Source: an uncultured delta proteobacterium (GTDB lineage Bacteria > Desulfobacterota > Binatia > UBA9968). Taken from it: a stretch of DNA of 39,326 nt. Below the pieces are notes generated by a model. The model searched no databases. It was not told the origin of the DNA and saw only the letters and a list, made by a program, of their open reading frames with translations. Made by a program: the position numbers and the translations under genes. The DNA is taken from positions 1 to 39,326 of the forward strand of contig CAWJBB010000026.1 in the NCBI GenBank assembly GCA_963840855.1, written 5' to 3'. Numbering within the stretch: position 1 is the stretch's first letter; every line of letters begins with the position of its first letter. This document shows, one piece after another, positions 16,634 through 25,529 of the stretch.

Positions 16634-17572
16634 ATGAATCAACACTTTGAATACGACGTTGTCTTCTCGTTCGCAGGTGAACAACGCGACTACGTCGAAA
16701 AGACGAAGAATGCCCTCCTTAAAAGAGGTATACGCGTGTTCTACGACCGAGATGAGACTCCCGAGTTGTGGGGAAAAGATCTCTATCAGCACCTTAGTGA
16801 GATCTATCGAAAGAAGGCCCGGTATTGTGTCGTATTCCTTTCCCGCGACTACGCTGACAAGCTCTGGACGAAACATGAACTGAAGATCATCCAGGCACGC
16901 GCGTTTCAGGAGTCTCGGGAGTACATCCTGCCAGCCCGGTTCGATGATACTGAGATACCCGGTCTATTGCCAACAATTGGCTACGTAGACTTGCGACAAC
17001 TCGGCCCAGAAGACTTGGCAGACTTGCTAGCCCAAAAGATTGGGGCTGGTACTTCCATCGATACTGCCAGGAGCAGAGCGGTCGATCCAGCGCTCGAGGG
17101 TTATCTTGCAGAAGCAGTTTTCCAGGCGGAGGAATACCTTCGTCCGGACCCGGGGTTGATAAGGTCAGATCGAATCGCTAAAGTAGTTCGTAAGTCGTTT
17201 CGACTTGCGGGGGTTGATCCTACTGCTGACTCCATTCTCCAATATCTGAGGAACGACAAGCCTGCCTTTCGCGTCGTCGGCTATCTCGCATTCCAGATCA
17301 GTCCGCTACCTCAGCTCGTTCCAGATCTCATAAACTGTCTTACCCGAGAGCGTAGGTTGGCCAGTGAAGCCAAGGAAACACGACCTCTATGGCAGCTCCT
17401 GGTGTGCTTCACGGCCCTAGTTCGTAAAGGAATCGAGGCGAGATCTCGAGACCTTATTCGAGATGCGCTCGATCTGTTTCTTGACTTCCTTCGTTCTGAT
17501 AGTTCGATCGACACTGGTGGTGAATGCAAGGAGAGGATTGAAGGGCTTATAACCTTAACCTCACGCACCTAA
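16634..17572 (+). CDS. TIR domain protein with uncharacterised helical C-terminal domain
   Basis: YDVVFSFAGEQR, G.RVFYD, LWGKDL, S..Y..K.WTKHE (catalytic Glu position) and YILP.RFDD. Confidence 0.9.
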   Translation: MNQHFEYDVVFSFAGEQRDYVEKTKNALLKRGIRVFYDRDETPELWGKDLYQHLSEIYRKKARYCVVFLSRDYADKLWTKHELKIIQARAFQESREYILPARFDDTEIPGLLPTIGYVDLRQLGPEDLADLLAQKIGAGTSIDTARSRAVDPALEGYLAEAVFQAEEYLRPDPGLIRSDRIAKVVRKSFRLAGVDPTADSILQYLRNDKPAFRVVGYLAFQISPLPQLVPDLINCLTRERRLASEAKETRPLWQLLVCFTALVRKGIEARSRDLIRDALDLFLDFLRSDSSIDTGGECKERIEGLITLTSRT

Positions 17573-17621
17573 CTAACGGCTCAAGCGGGACGCTTCGCGC
17601 CCCTTAGCCGCGCCGTTAGAC
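17567..17621 (+). other. attC site 6 (55 bp)
   Basis: ACCTAAC TAACGGCTCAAG CGGGACGC TTCG CGCCCC TTAGCCG CGCC GTTAGAC. Confidence 0.88.
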
Positions 17622-17660
17622 CGTCAGGGACCAATACTGTCCACACCGGGGAGCGAGTGA

Positions 17661-18061
17661 ATGGTGAAGACATACCGGGGGAGTTGCCACTGTGGAGCGG
17701 TTAGATTCGAGGCTGATCTCGACTTGACGGTGAGCACGTACAGGTGCAACTGCTCCATCTGCCGGAGAAACCGGTTCTGGGTAGCAGTTGCCAAGCCCGA
17801 GGGCTTTCGCTTGCTAGCGGGCGAGCATCAGATGACGGAGTACCGCTTTAACACGAAGAAGAACCAGCACTTCTTCTGTAAGCACTGCGGCGTCCGTGCC
17901 TTCGGTGTCGGCAATGACACTCCAATCGGAAAGATGTACGGTGTCAACGTGGGGTGCCTGGAGGGCATCACGGAGGAAGAACTTTCCAAGGTGCCAATCA
18001 CGTACGTTGACGGGCTGAACGACAGATGGCAAGAGCTCCTGCGTTCTCTTCTCATCTGTAG
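17661..18061 (+). CDS. GFA (CENP-V/glutathione-dependent formaldehyde-activating) family protein, 1-nt frameshift near 18033
   Basis: GSCHCG, CNCSIC, H.FCKHCG and VNVGCL. Restoring one base gives the C-terminus WQEAPAFSSHL* just before attC7. Confidence 0.88.
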
Positions 18062-18085
18062 GGCGGCCATGATTGGCGCAGTGCG

Positions 18086-18166
18086 GCCTAACACCGCGGT
18101 TGAGTGCGCCGCTCTTCATACGGCGCTTCGCGCCTCTTTCGGCGCGCCTCACCGCGAACGTTGGTG
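18086..18166 (+). other. attC site 7 (~81 bp)
   Basis: GCCTAAC ACCGCGGTTGAG...CTCACCGCG AAC GTTGGTG. Confidence 0.88.
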
Positions 18167-18175
18167 GCAAGGCTC

Positions 18176-18703
18176 ATGGCTGACCGCCGTTCTGTCCAAC
18201 AGCAACACGAGCGCGCCGTTGTGCAAGATTTCCTTGCATGGCTCAACGCGCGTCACGGAGCGCAATTCAAGGTTATTGCGGAACCGAACCCACCAGAAGC
18301 GATTGTTCAATCAGTTCGTGCCACTCGATGGGTGGAAGTTACTGATGCTTTCTGGACTAACGCCTATGCGCAAGATCTGTACTCTTACGCGACGCCGGGC
18401 GAGAAGCACAAACCGGTTGGACCAGGCCCTTTTGCCGGCATGGATGAATCGTTCTCTTCTCAGTTTGTACAGGCCATCGCGAACAAGCTCAAGAAACGTA
18501 GCTACCTACCATTCCTTGATAAATATGGTAAAGGCTATCTGCTCGTGCCAATCAATCACCCGTGGTTTGATGGAGGCACGATTCAGCAAATGAAAGATCT
18601 TTGGCGTGCGAAGCAGCCTGTGCAGAACTTGGGCTGTTTCAAGGACGTGTACATCGTGTTCACGTCATCAAACCGACGGGTGTTCCGAAGGTGGCATGTG
18701 TGA
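18176..18703 (+). CDS. Hypothetical cassette protein, possible restriction-endonuclease-like fold
   Basis: 175 aa ORF filling the cassette. E.....F, NPPEAI and WVEVT resemble PD-(D/E)xK variants. Confidence 0.7.
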   Translation: MADRRSVQQQHERAVVQDFLAWLNARHGAQFKVIAEPNPPEAIVQSVRATRWVEVTDAFWTNAYAQDLYSYATPGEKHKPVGPGPFAGMDESFSSQFVQAIANKLKKRSYLPFLDKYGKGYLLVPINHPWFDGGTIQQMKDLWRAKQPVQNLGCFKDVYIVFTSSNRRVFRRWHV

Positions 18704-18712
18704 GAAATTGTC

Positions 18713-18796
18713 ACCTAACCCGCCGCTTGAGCCGATAGTTAAATTGCTGAGGAACGATTCTATTTCCAATAACGGCTCAGCGGCATAACGTTATGC
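18713..18796 (+). other. attC site 8 (84 bp)
   Basis: ACCTAAC CCGCCGCTTGAGCCG...CGGCTCAGCGGC ATAAC GTTATGC. Confidence 0.9.
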
Positions 18797-18826
18797 GGTC
18801 TCTGCCGTTGTGAACATTCTGAATAG

Positions 18827-19716
18827 ATGAGCGGAAAGCGAATCCACCACTATATTCCTCAGTTCTATCTCCGGGGCTTCACCGATCCTTCCGTCACTGG
18901 CGGCAAGACGCCTTGGCTGTGGGTGCGCCACAAAGAGACGTCCGGCGTCGTTCGCAAGGCACCCAAGAACCTTGCAGCCGAAATTGGCTATTACGCCACG
19001 GAAACGGCTGACGGGCTCGACTACGCGACCGTTGAGAACGAATTGGCTGTAATGGAGAGCCGAGCAGCGTTTGCGCTGCGGAAATTTCTCGACGGTCCCA
19101 CTGGACATCGCAAGATCGAGCCTGACTTGTCGGTTTTCATCGGCTGGCTGGCAGTTCGGGTACCCTGGTTTCGACGTGCGGCGGAAGATGAGTGGCAACG
19201 GTTTCTTGAGAGGGTTGCCGGAGGCAGGGAACCGCTACCAGACGATCCCGATTTTTCTTGTAGTCTGGTCAGTATGAGAACTGGAGAGCAGCGACGATTC
19301 ACGCTTGCCGAGGCTGTTGTAGCGATCAAGTCCGGTACTTGGCAGGCCCGTCTATCGAAAACCAAATGATCGACGCTATGCGAGTTCAGGCTTGGTACTT
19401 TCGGTTCAAACATTTTCCCAGGCTACACTGGACCGTTCTGACAGCGCCGCACGGTCAGTTCTTTTTGACTTCAGATCGTCCCATCGTATGGTATGTAACG
19501 GACGGGCGGCTCGCCGACTCACCGGCTGCCCTTAAACAACCTGGCGTTGAGCTTACCGTTCCAGTGAGCAGGCGCTTCGCCTTGTTAGCGACTGCGGAGA
19601 TTCCCCATTCCGAAACCAGGATTCGACCATCAGACATCAACCGGAGGACGTTCTTATTCTGTGAGAGATTCGTCGCTTCTCCGCGGGAACGTGAGATCTG
19701 GGAAGTCGCCGCATAA
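18827..19716 (+). CDS. DUF4238 domain protein, 1-nt frameshift in A-run at ~19358-19361
   Basis: HHYIPQFYLRGF N-terminus. FLTSDRPI and PVSRRFAL lie in the second frame. Span is 3n+2. Confidence 0.85.
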
Positions 19717-19773
19717 CAATTGGCTTGAGAGGGACGCGGCGGAGGACCGCGCCTCTCACCCAAAACGTTAGAT
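19711..19773 (+). other. attC site 9, terminal (63 bp)
   Basis: GCATAAC...GTTAGAT. Same family as attC1/2/5. Confidence 0.92.
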
Positions 19774-19806
19774 ACTTACCGTTTAAATGGTTCACATGAC
19801 GACTTT

Positions 19807-20180
19807 AAGAAAGTTTATCGCGACAAGCATGTCCTGAGCCTTGTCGAAGGGACACCAAGCGCGCAACAAAGACTCGTTGTCATTTCGATCAACGAGAGAA
19901 ATCTTTCTTAGATCCCTCGCATACGCCGGACTGTGTGAAAACTCATTAGGAGCCCTTCGACGTAGCTCAGGGCGAACGGCTAAATGCTTGATTTGTAATG
20001 TCCGATATCCGTTCGTGGTGAGGCCAGTCGAAACAAGAACGGAGTTTTCACACAGTCTGGCGCTCGGGATGACGGGCCTTGGCCCGCCACCTTGACGGCC
20101 TTTGCGCCTTTGCGCGAGTCATAGTTTTTCGATTTCCGTGATCCGAAATTGGCCGAAAATTTCAAAGATGTTTGGCTAGA
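19807..20180. repeat. Composite nested REP/MITE
   Basis: The outer element is homologous to 24289-24440. An inner MITE is bounded by a perfect 16-bp IR GACTGTGTGAAAACTC (19929) / GAGTTTTCACACAGTC (20042-20057). Confidence 0.75.
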
Positions 20181-20209
20181 CTTTTGTTCACTTTTTGGAG
20201 GGATTTGCA

Positions 20210-20446
20210 TTGACAACGAGAGTCGAAGGATTCGCCAAACAAATTGCGTCAGTGGATGAATCCGAACTTCAGGCACTGTTGGAGCGTGTGGAAGAATTGA
20301 GTTTGCGGCAAGGGCTTCGCGCGATGGCGAATCGCTATCGAAGACAGTTAAGGAAACAGGGCGAGATCAATGAAAGTGCGGAAGGGATTTTCAGAAAACT
20401 GAAACACATCCGCGAGGAAATCGCCTCTCGTGAGTATCCAGGATGA
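20210..20446 (+). CDS. Small hypothetical protein, antitoxin-like
   Basis: 78 aa helical charged ORF with TTG start after GGAGGG. Confidence 0.55.
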   Translation: MTTRVEGFAKQIASVDESELQALLERVEELSLRQGLRAMANRYRRQLRKQGEINESAEGIFRKLKHIREEIASREYPG

Positions 20447-20461
20447 ATGGATTGTCCTCCA

Positions 20462-20845
20462 CTATTGTGAAGCTATAAATCCGCCAATAACCGCTAAAAT
20501 CGGTTTCAGTTTTTTCTGAATGGGATCTGCGTCCACTCCAAAGTTTTCAAGAGCTGTAGCCCCCAAGAGAAAAAGAGACCCCGCCGGCGCAAATATCACT
20601 GGGCATGGAATTTGCCCTTCGAAGCTATTTATTTGAAAGTCGCAAAATCCTAGCGATCTCGTATCACGACGGCCATCTGCTAATATGAGATTGCGTTTCG
20701 TAGCCGGTTCAACACCAATTCGTTCTAAGTATTCCTCTGGAATAAATGAGTATAGCGCTCCCGTATCGACCCAAAACTCCTCCTCAAAAAACAACGATGA
20801 ATCTTTAATGTTAGAGACTTTTACTTTGGTCTTGAACATCCCCAT
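20462..20845 (-). CDS. Retropepsin-like aspartyl protease
   Basis: WVDTGALYS, LADGR, LLGATALE.FG and DP....LKP. Confidence 0.85.
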   Translation of the reverse strand: MGMFKTKVKVSNIKDSSLFFEEEFWVDTGALYSFIPEEYLERIGVEPATKRNLILADGRRDTRSLGFCDFQINSFEGQIPCPVIFAPAGSLFLLGATALENFGVDADPIQKKLKPILAVIGGFIASQ

Positions 20846-21150
20846 ATATTACCTCTGGCAAATTTCTAGTTTCGATCGCTAAACACTGAGTGAGTCGGCT
20901 AGGCTACCGCAGCCAACGATTTCGTAAGAATTGGATAATGCTATAATCTTTTTCGGGCCATAACAATGGAAGCTTCCTGCCGACCGACACCATACGATTG
21001 TCAGCCTTCGCTGCTTGTGTAAGGATCACTGGGCCTAACCCGGCTGATCGGCGGTGAGAGAGGCTACCGCGTGCGGTAGGCGTGCGCCAGATGAAGTGTT
21101 TGCGGACTTTTTGGAGAAATTGAGCTAGAAACTATCAAGGGAGCAGCTTC

Positions 21151-22873
21151 ATGGACACGAATAAAACGGTTACAATTCCGGTAGAGACCGTCGGCCAGGC
21201 TTATTTAGAATTACTGCGCGCCCGGGGCATCAAGTATTTTTTCGGCAACAGCGGCACCGACTTTGGCCCGATCATCGACGGGCTGGCAAAGTTTGGCGCC
21301 GAGAAAAAGATGCATCCGATGCCGATCACGGTTCCGCATGAATTCGTCGCGGTGAGCATGGCGCAGGGTTACGCCATGATCACGGGCGAGCCACAGGTCG
21401 TCATGGTTCACGTGATCGTCGGCACGGGCAACGCATCAGCGGCGGTGATGAATGCCTCGCGCCTCAACGTACCGATGATCTTTTCCGCCGGCCGAACGCC
21501 GCTCACCGAGGAAGGGCTCAGAGGCAGCCGAACCAACTTCATCCACTGGGGACAGGAGTCTTTCGATCAGGGCGGCTTGTTGCGCGAGTTCACGCGCTGG
21601 GATTACGAGCTGCGCAATGGCGAGCAGGTGGAGGCCGTCGTCGACCGGGCGCTGGAAATGGCGCTTGGCACGCCGCAGGGTCCGGTCTATTTGACCCTGC
21701 CGCGCGAAGTGCTGGCGCAGAAAATGGACTCCATCACGATTCACCCGTTTCGCAAAAACAAAGCGGAAGCCTTGCAGCCAAGCGCCGAAACGATCAAGCG
21801 CACCGCGGAAGTATTGCGTCGCGCAATCAATCCGCTGATTATCACCGGCCGATTGGGGTCCGATCCCAGAGCGGTGAGCGCGATGGTTTCTTTCGCCGAA
21901 GCGCTGGTCGCTCCGGTAGTCACTCCGGCGAGCCCGTTCGTGAGTTTTCCCAACACCCATGATTTTCATCTCGGTGTGAGCTCCGCGCCGTATGTCAAAG
22001 ATGCCGACGTAGTCGTGGTGGTCGAGTGCGATGTGCCGTGGTATCCGTTCCAAGGTAAGCCCGGTGAGAACACGAAAGTGATCCAGATTGCTCGCGGATC
22101 CGAACTACAGCGGCATTCCAATACGCAATTTTCCCAAGGATATTTCCATCGGCGGCGATCCGAAGCTGGCGTTGGAGCTGCTCGCGCAAGAATTAAAGTC
22201 TCATCCGCGCAGCGAGAAGTTAACGGCGGAGCGCGCCGAGCGGATTCGCTCCCAGCACCAACAATACCGTGAACGTTTGAAACAAAAGGCCGAAAAGGCG
22301 AGCCGCGATAAGCCAATAGATACCGCATGGTTGTCCTATTGCGTGGACCAGGTGAGAGACAGCCAGACCCTTATCGTCAACGATCATGGTGTATCACAGG
22401 AGCATCTCAGCTTGAGTGAGCCGGCAAGTTATTTTGGCGGTTCCCCCGCTGGTGGTCTGGGCTGGGGAATCGGTGGCGGCTTGGGCATGAAACTCGCCTG
22501 CCCGGAGAAGACCGTGATTGCCAGCGTCGGTGACGGAACTTATATGTTTAATAACCCGACAGCCTGCCATTTCGTCTCCGAGGCCTATGATCTCCCCATG
22601 CTGACGATAATCTGCAACAACGCGATCTGGCACTCCACCAAGGCCGCGACGCAACAGGTTCTACCCGACGGCTGGGCGACGAGCACGGGCAATTTTCCTC
22701 TATGCGACCTGACGCCCTCGCCGCGCTACGAGATGGTTGTTTCGGCCCATGGCGGCTACGGCGAGATGGTCGATGATCCAGCGGAACTCCTGCCGGCATT
22801 GCGGCGCGCTCTCAAAGTCGTCCGCGAGGAAAGACGTCAAGCCGTGCTCAACGTGATCTGCGGAACCCATTGA
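21151..22873 (+). CDS. Thiamine pyrophosphate-requiring enzyme (ALS/benzoylformate decarboxylase superfamily), 1-nt frameshift near 22090
   Basis: FGNSGTD, PHE..AV.MA.GY and GPVYL.LPRE in frame 1. GGLGWG, GDG.Y.F and NN.IW TPP motif in frame 2. Confidence 0.88.
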
Positions 22874-22940
22874 CGTGGATAATTCACGAGATTGGCGCGC
22901 GAGCAGTACGACTCTACGGTCGTGGGCAATTGGCCATTTG

Positions 22941-23040
22941 GTTCAACGTTCAATGTTCAATGTTCAACGTGTGTCGGAGCCTTTATGGACTGCGGAAATT
23001 GTTGTCGCTAACTTTGAACGTTGAACTTTGAACCTTGAAC
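22941..23040. repeat. Heptamer-tandem palindromic repeat
   Basis: (GTTCAAY)x4 ... (NTTGAAC)x4. Confidence 0.88.
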
Positions 23041-23087
23041 ACCGCATGTGTCGCCGAGGAACGGCGTCACGTAACTTGGGAATGGTG

Positions 23088-24230
23088 ATGATGAATTTTT
23101 ATCCTTGCTTCTCTAGAACAGGCCGGCTATTCCGAGTGGCATTGCTGGCATTGTCGCTCGGCGCGTTGCCTGCAGCCGCTTCAGCGCAATCCAATCGGCA
23201 AGCAGAGTGGGAGAAAATCTCGCGCGCGGCGGACTCCGAAGGACAGCTGACGCTCTACGGTTGCTGCTACGAATATGACCGCGTCACCGAGCCATTCAAG
23301 AAGAAATACCCAAAGATCAAAGTTACCACCTTCATCGGCTCGGGCGGGCAGCTCGCCTCGAGAATACTCGCCGAGCGGCGGGGCGAAAAATACATTCCCG
23401 ACGTCGTCAGCTCCGGCGCTAACACCCTTCACGACGCCCTCTACAAAGCTCACGTTCTCGAACCCATTCAACCGGCGCTCATCCTCCCCGAAGTTTTGGA
23501 CCACACCAAGTGGTATCAGGGCGAGCACCGCTACATCGACCCGGAGAAACGTTACATCTTCGCCTTCGTGGCGAACTCCCAGTCGGGACAGGTGATCTAC
23601 AACTTGCAACAGGTCAATCCCGCGGAATTCAAGTCCTATTGGGATCTCTTGAACCCAAAGTGGAAAGGTAAGATGGCATCTCTCGATCCGACCACGTTCG
23701 GCATGGGCGCGACGCTGCAGTTCTTTTATTATAATCCCGAACTGGGGCCCGCGTTTATCAAAAGACTTTACGGCGAAATGCAAATCACGATAAGCCGCGA
23801 CCCGCGCCAGATGACCGACTGGCTTTCCGCCGGAAAATATTCTCTTTGCATTCGCTGTAACGCCGGGAGCGAAGTGGGAAAAGCGGTGCATCAGAAGCTC
23901 CCCATCGGCTATCTCGATACCGAAGATTGGAAGGAAGGCGGCAGCTCCAGCGCCGCCGGCGGCACCCTCGGCATCCCCACTCGGGCGCCCCATCCCAATG
24001 CGGCGAAAGTTTTCATCAACTGGTTTCTCTCCCGCGAGGGGCAGATCGCCCTGCAAAAATTTGGACGGCCCGACGCGCACAACTCCCGCCGCATCGACAT
24101 TCCGAAGGATGACGTCGATGCTTATAATCGCCTGGATGAACGAAAAAAATACTTCGACCTGGCAAAACCCGAGTACCAGGACCTGACGCCGATCTTCAAA
24201 CTCGTCAAAGAAGTCCTGCCGCAGAAATGA
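23088..24230 (+). CDS. Extracellular solute-binding protein (iron/thiamine SBP-like); start approximate
   Basis: Signal peptide, EW.....A..EG.L..Y, DLLNPKWKGK and APHPNAAKVFINWFLSREGQ. Confidence 0.85.
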   Translation: MMNFYPCFSRTGRLFRVALLALSLGALPAAASAQSNRQAEWEKISRAADSEGQLTLYGCCYEYDRVTEPFKKKYPKIKVTTFIGSGGQLASRILAERRGEKYIPDVVSSGANTLHDALYKAHVLEPIQPALILPEVLDHTKWYQGEHRYIDPEKRYIFAFVANSQSGQVIYNLQQVNPAEFKSYWDLLNPKWKGKMASLDPTTFGMGATLQFFYYNPELGPAFIKRLYGEMQITISRDPRQMTDWLSAGKYSLCIRCNAGSEVGKAVHQKLPIGYLDTEDWKEGGSSSAAGGTLGIPTRAPHPNAAKVFINWFLSREGQIALQKFGRPDAHNSRRIDIPKDDVDAYNRLDERKKYFDLAKPEYQDLTPIFKLVKEVLPQK

Positions 24231-24288
24231 AATAGGTCCGCCATGAGATATAGATTCCAACTTTTCAAATGTTGAACAAAACCACTTC

Positions 24289-24440
24289 AAGAAAATTTAT
24301 CGCGCCAAGACGCCAAGGCGCAAAGAAAAATATCTTCTCATTTCTCCGAACTTGGCGTGCTTTGCGTCTTTGCGCGAGTCATCTTTTTCCCGATTCGGTA
24401 ATTCAAAATCAACGCAATTTACAAACATGTTTGGCTAGTT
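24289..24440. repeat. REP/MITE-like element (CGCCAAGACGCCAAG...CTTTGCGTCTTTGCGCG...TGTTTGGCTAG)
   Basis: Imperfect palindrome. Homologous ends at 19807-20180. Confidence 0.75.
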
Positions 24441-24454
24441 TTTAGGAGGTGTTC

Positions 24455-25447
24455 ATGAATAAGGCGCTTCGCGTCATTACGCTGACCTTGTTTTGTGTCA
24501 CGGCGTGGCACTCTCAATCCGGCGCCCAGGAGAAAAAGCTGGAACGAATTCGGATCGGTGGCGGCTCGGTGGGCGCGCCGCAGCTGACCATGTGGTTTGC
24601 CAAGGAGGCAAACCTCTACGAGAAGCACGGACTCGCAGTCGAGGCGATCTCCATTCCAGGGAGCTCCATGGCGCTGCAGGCCATGCTCTCCGGCGAATTG
24701 CCGATCATTCAGCTCGGCGGCGCGGCGTCTATGCAGGCCAACCTGGCAGGGGCCGACACGGTCATCGTCGCGACGATTCTGACGAAATTTCTTTTTTCCA
24801 TTTTCAGCCGGCCCGAGATCACCAGGATCGCCGATCTCAAAGGCAAACTTTTTGGCGCCACACGCTTCGGCACGCTTTCCGATTTTGCCTCGCGCTTCGC
24901 CTTGGAAAAGAACGGCCTAAATCCCGATCGGGACATCGCGATGGTCCAAACCGGCGGCCAGCCCGAGACCCTCGTTGCGCTTCTCACCGCCAGAGTACAG
25001 GCTGCGGCACTCTCTGTTCCGGCAATTCTGCGCGCCAAGAAAGCGAATATGCGCGAGCTGCTGGACATGGCTAAACTGGATGCGACCATCCATCAGAACG
25101 GCGTCGTGACGACGCGAAAATATCTCAAGACGAATGAGGACACGGTGCGCCGTTTTCTCCGCGCCTATATCGAAGGCGCCGCGCTCGCCAAAAAAGACCG
25201 GGCGTTCGCGACGCGCGTGATGGCCAAATATCTCGGCACCAACGAGCGCGAGATTCTCGACGACGCCTACGAGCGCGTCACCCTTCATCTCGAGCTGCCG
25301 CCGTATCCCACCGTCGAAGGTGTTTCCACGCTGCTGAAGACCTTGGAAAAGGCCCAACCCAAAGCCCGAACAGTCAAACCTGAGGACTTTATTGACAGCC
25401 GATTAGTCCGCGAGATCGACGAAAGCGGTTTTATCAAACGATTGTAG
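24455..25447 (+). CDS. ABC transporter substrate-binding protein (NMT1/SsuA-like)
   Basis: Signal peptide, AKEANLYEKHGL and DLKGK. ATG follows AGGAGG. Confidence 0.88.
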   Translation: MNKALRVITLTLFCVTAWHSQSGAQEKKLERIRIGGGSVGAPQLTMWFAKEANLYEKHGLAVEAISIPGSSMALQAMLSGELPIIQLGGAASMQANLAGADTVIVATILTKFLFSIFSRPEITRIADLKGKLFGATRFGTLSDFASRFALEKNGLNPDRDIAMVQTGGQPETLVALLTARVQAAALSVPAILRAKKANMRELLDMAKLDATIHQNGVVTTRKYLKTNEDTVRRFLRAYIEGAALAKKDRAFATRVMAKYLGTNEREILDDAYERVTLHLELPPYPTVEGVSTLLKTLEKAQPKARTVKPEDFIDSRLVREIDESGFIKRL

Positions 25448-25529
25448 CGGGAGCACACTGCGTGTGCGGTTTAGTGTTCAACGTTCAAAGCTCAACGTCC
25501 CCACCCCCATTGACGCTTTTCGATTTTAC

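Larger units (their letters stand above)
9528..19773 (+). mobile_element. Integron gene-cassette array, 9 cassettes, no integrase in window (CALIN-like)
   Basis: Nine RYYYAAC...GTTRRRY-type hairpin attC sites each follow plus-strand ORFs. Each cassette's start core is complementary or nearly complementary to its own R'' box. Confidence 0.95.

Noticed and set aside
18104-18175. Upstream GTG start for the 199-aa ORF
   Set aside because: It lies inside attC7. The cassette-internal ATG at 18176 is the plausible start.
17661-18593. 310-aa ORF as a GFA fusion protein
   Set aside because: It reads through attC7 and overlaps the next cassette gene out of frame. It is an artefact of a 1-nt frameshift near 18033.
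23181-24290. Long antisense ORFs (also 30578-31510, 11190-11978, 37015-37764)
   Set aside because: They are shadows of well-supported genes on the opposite strand in GC-rich DNA and have no family motifs.
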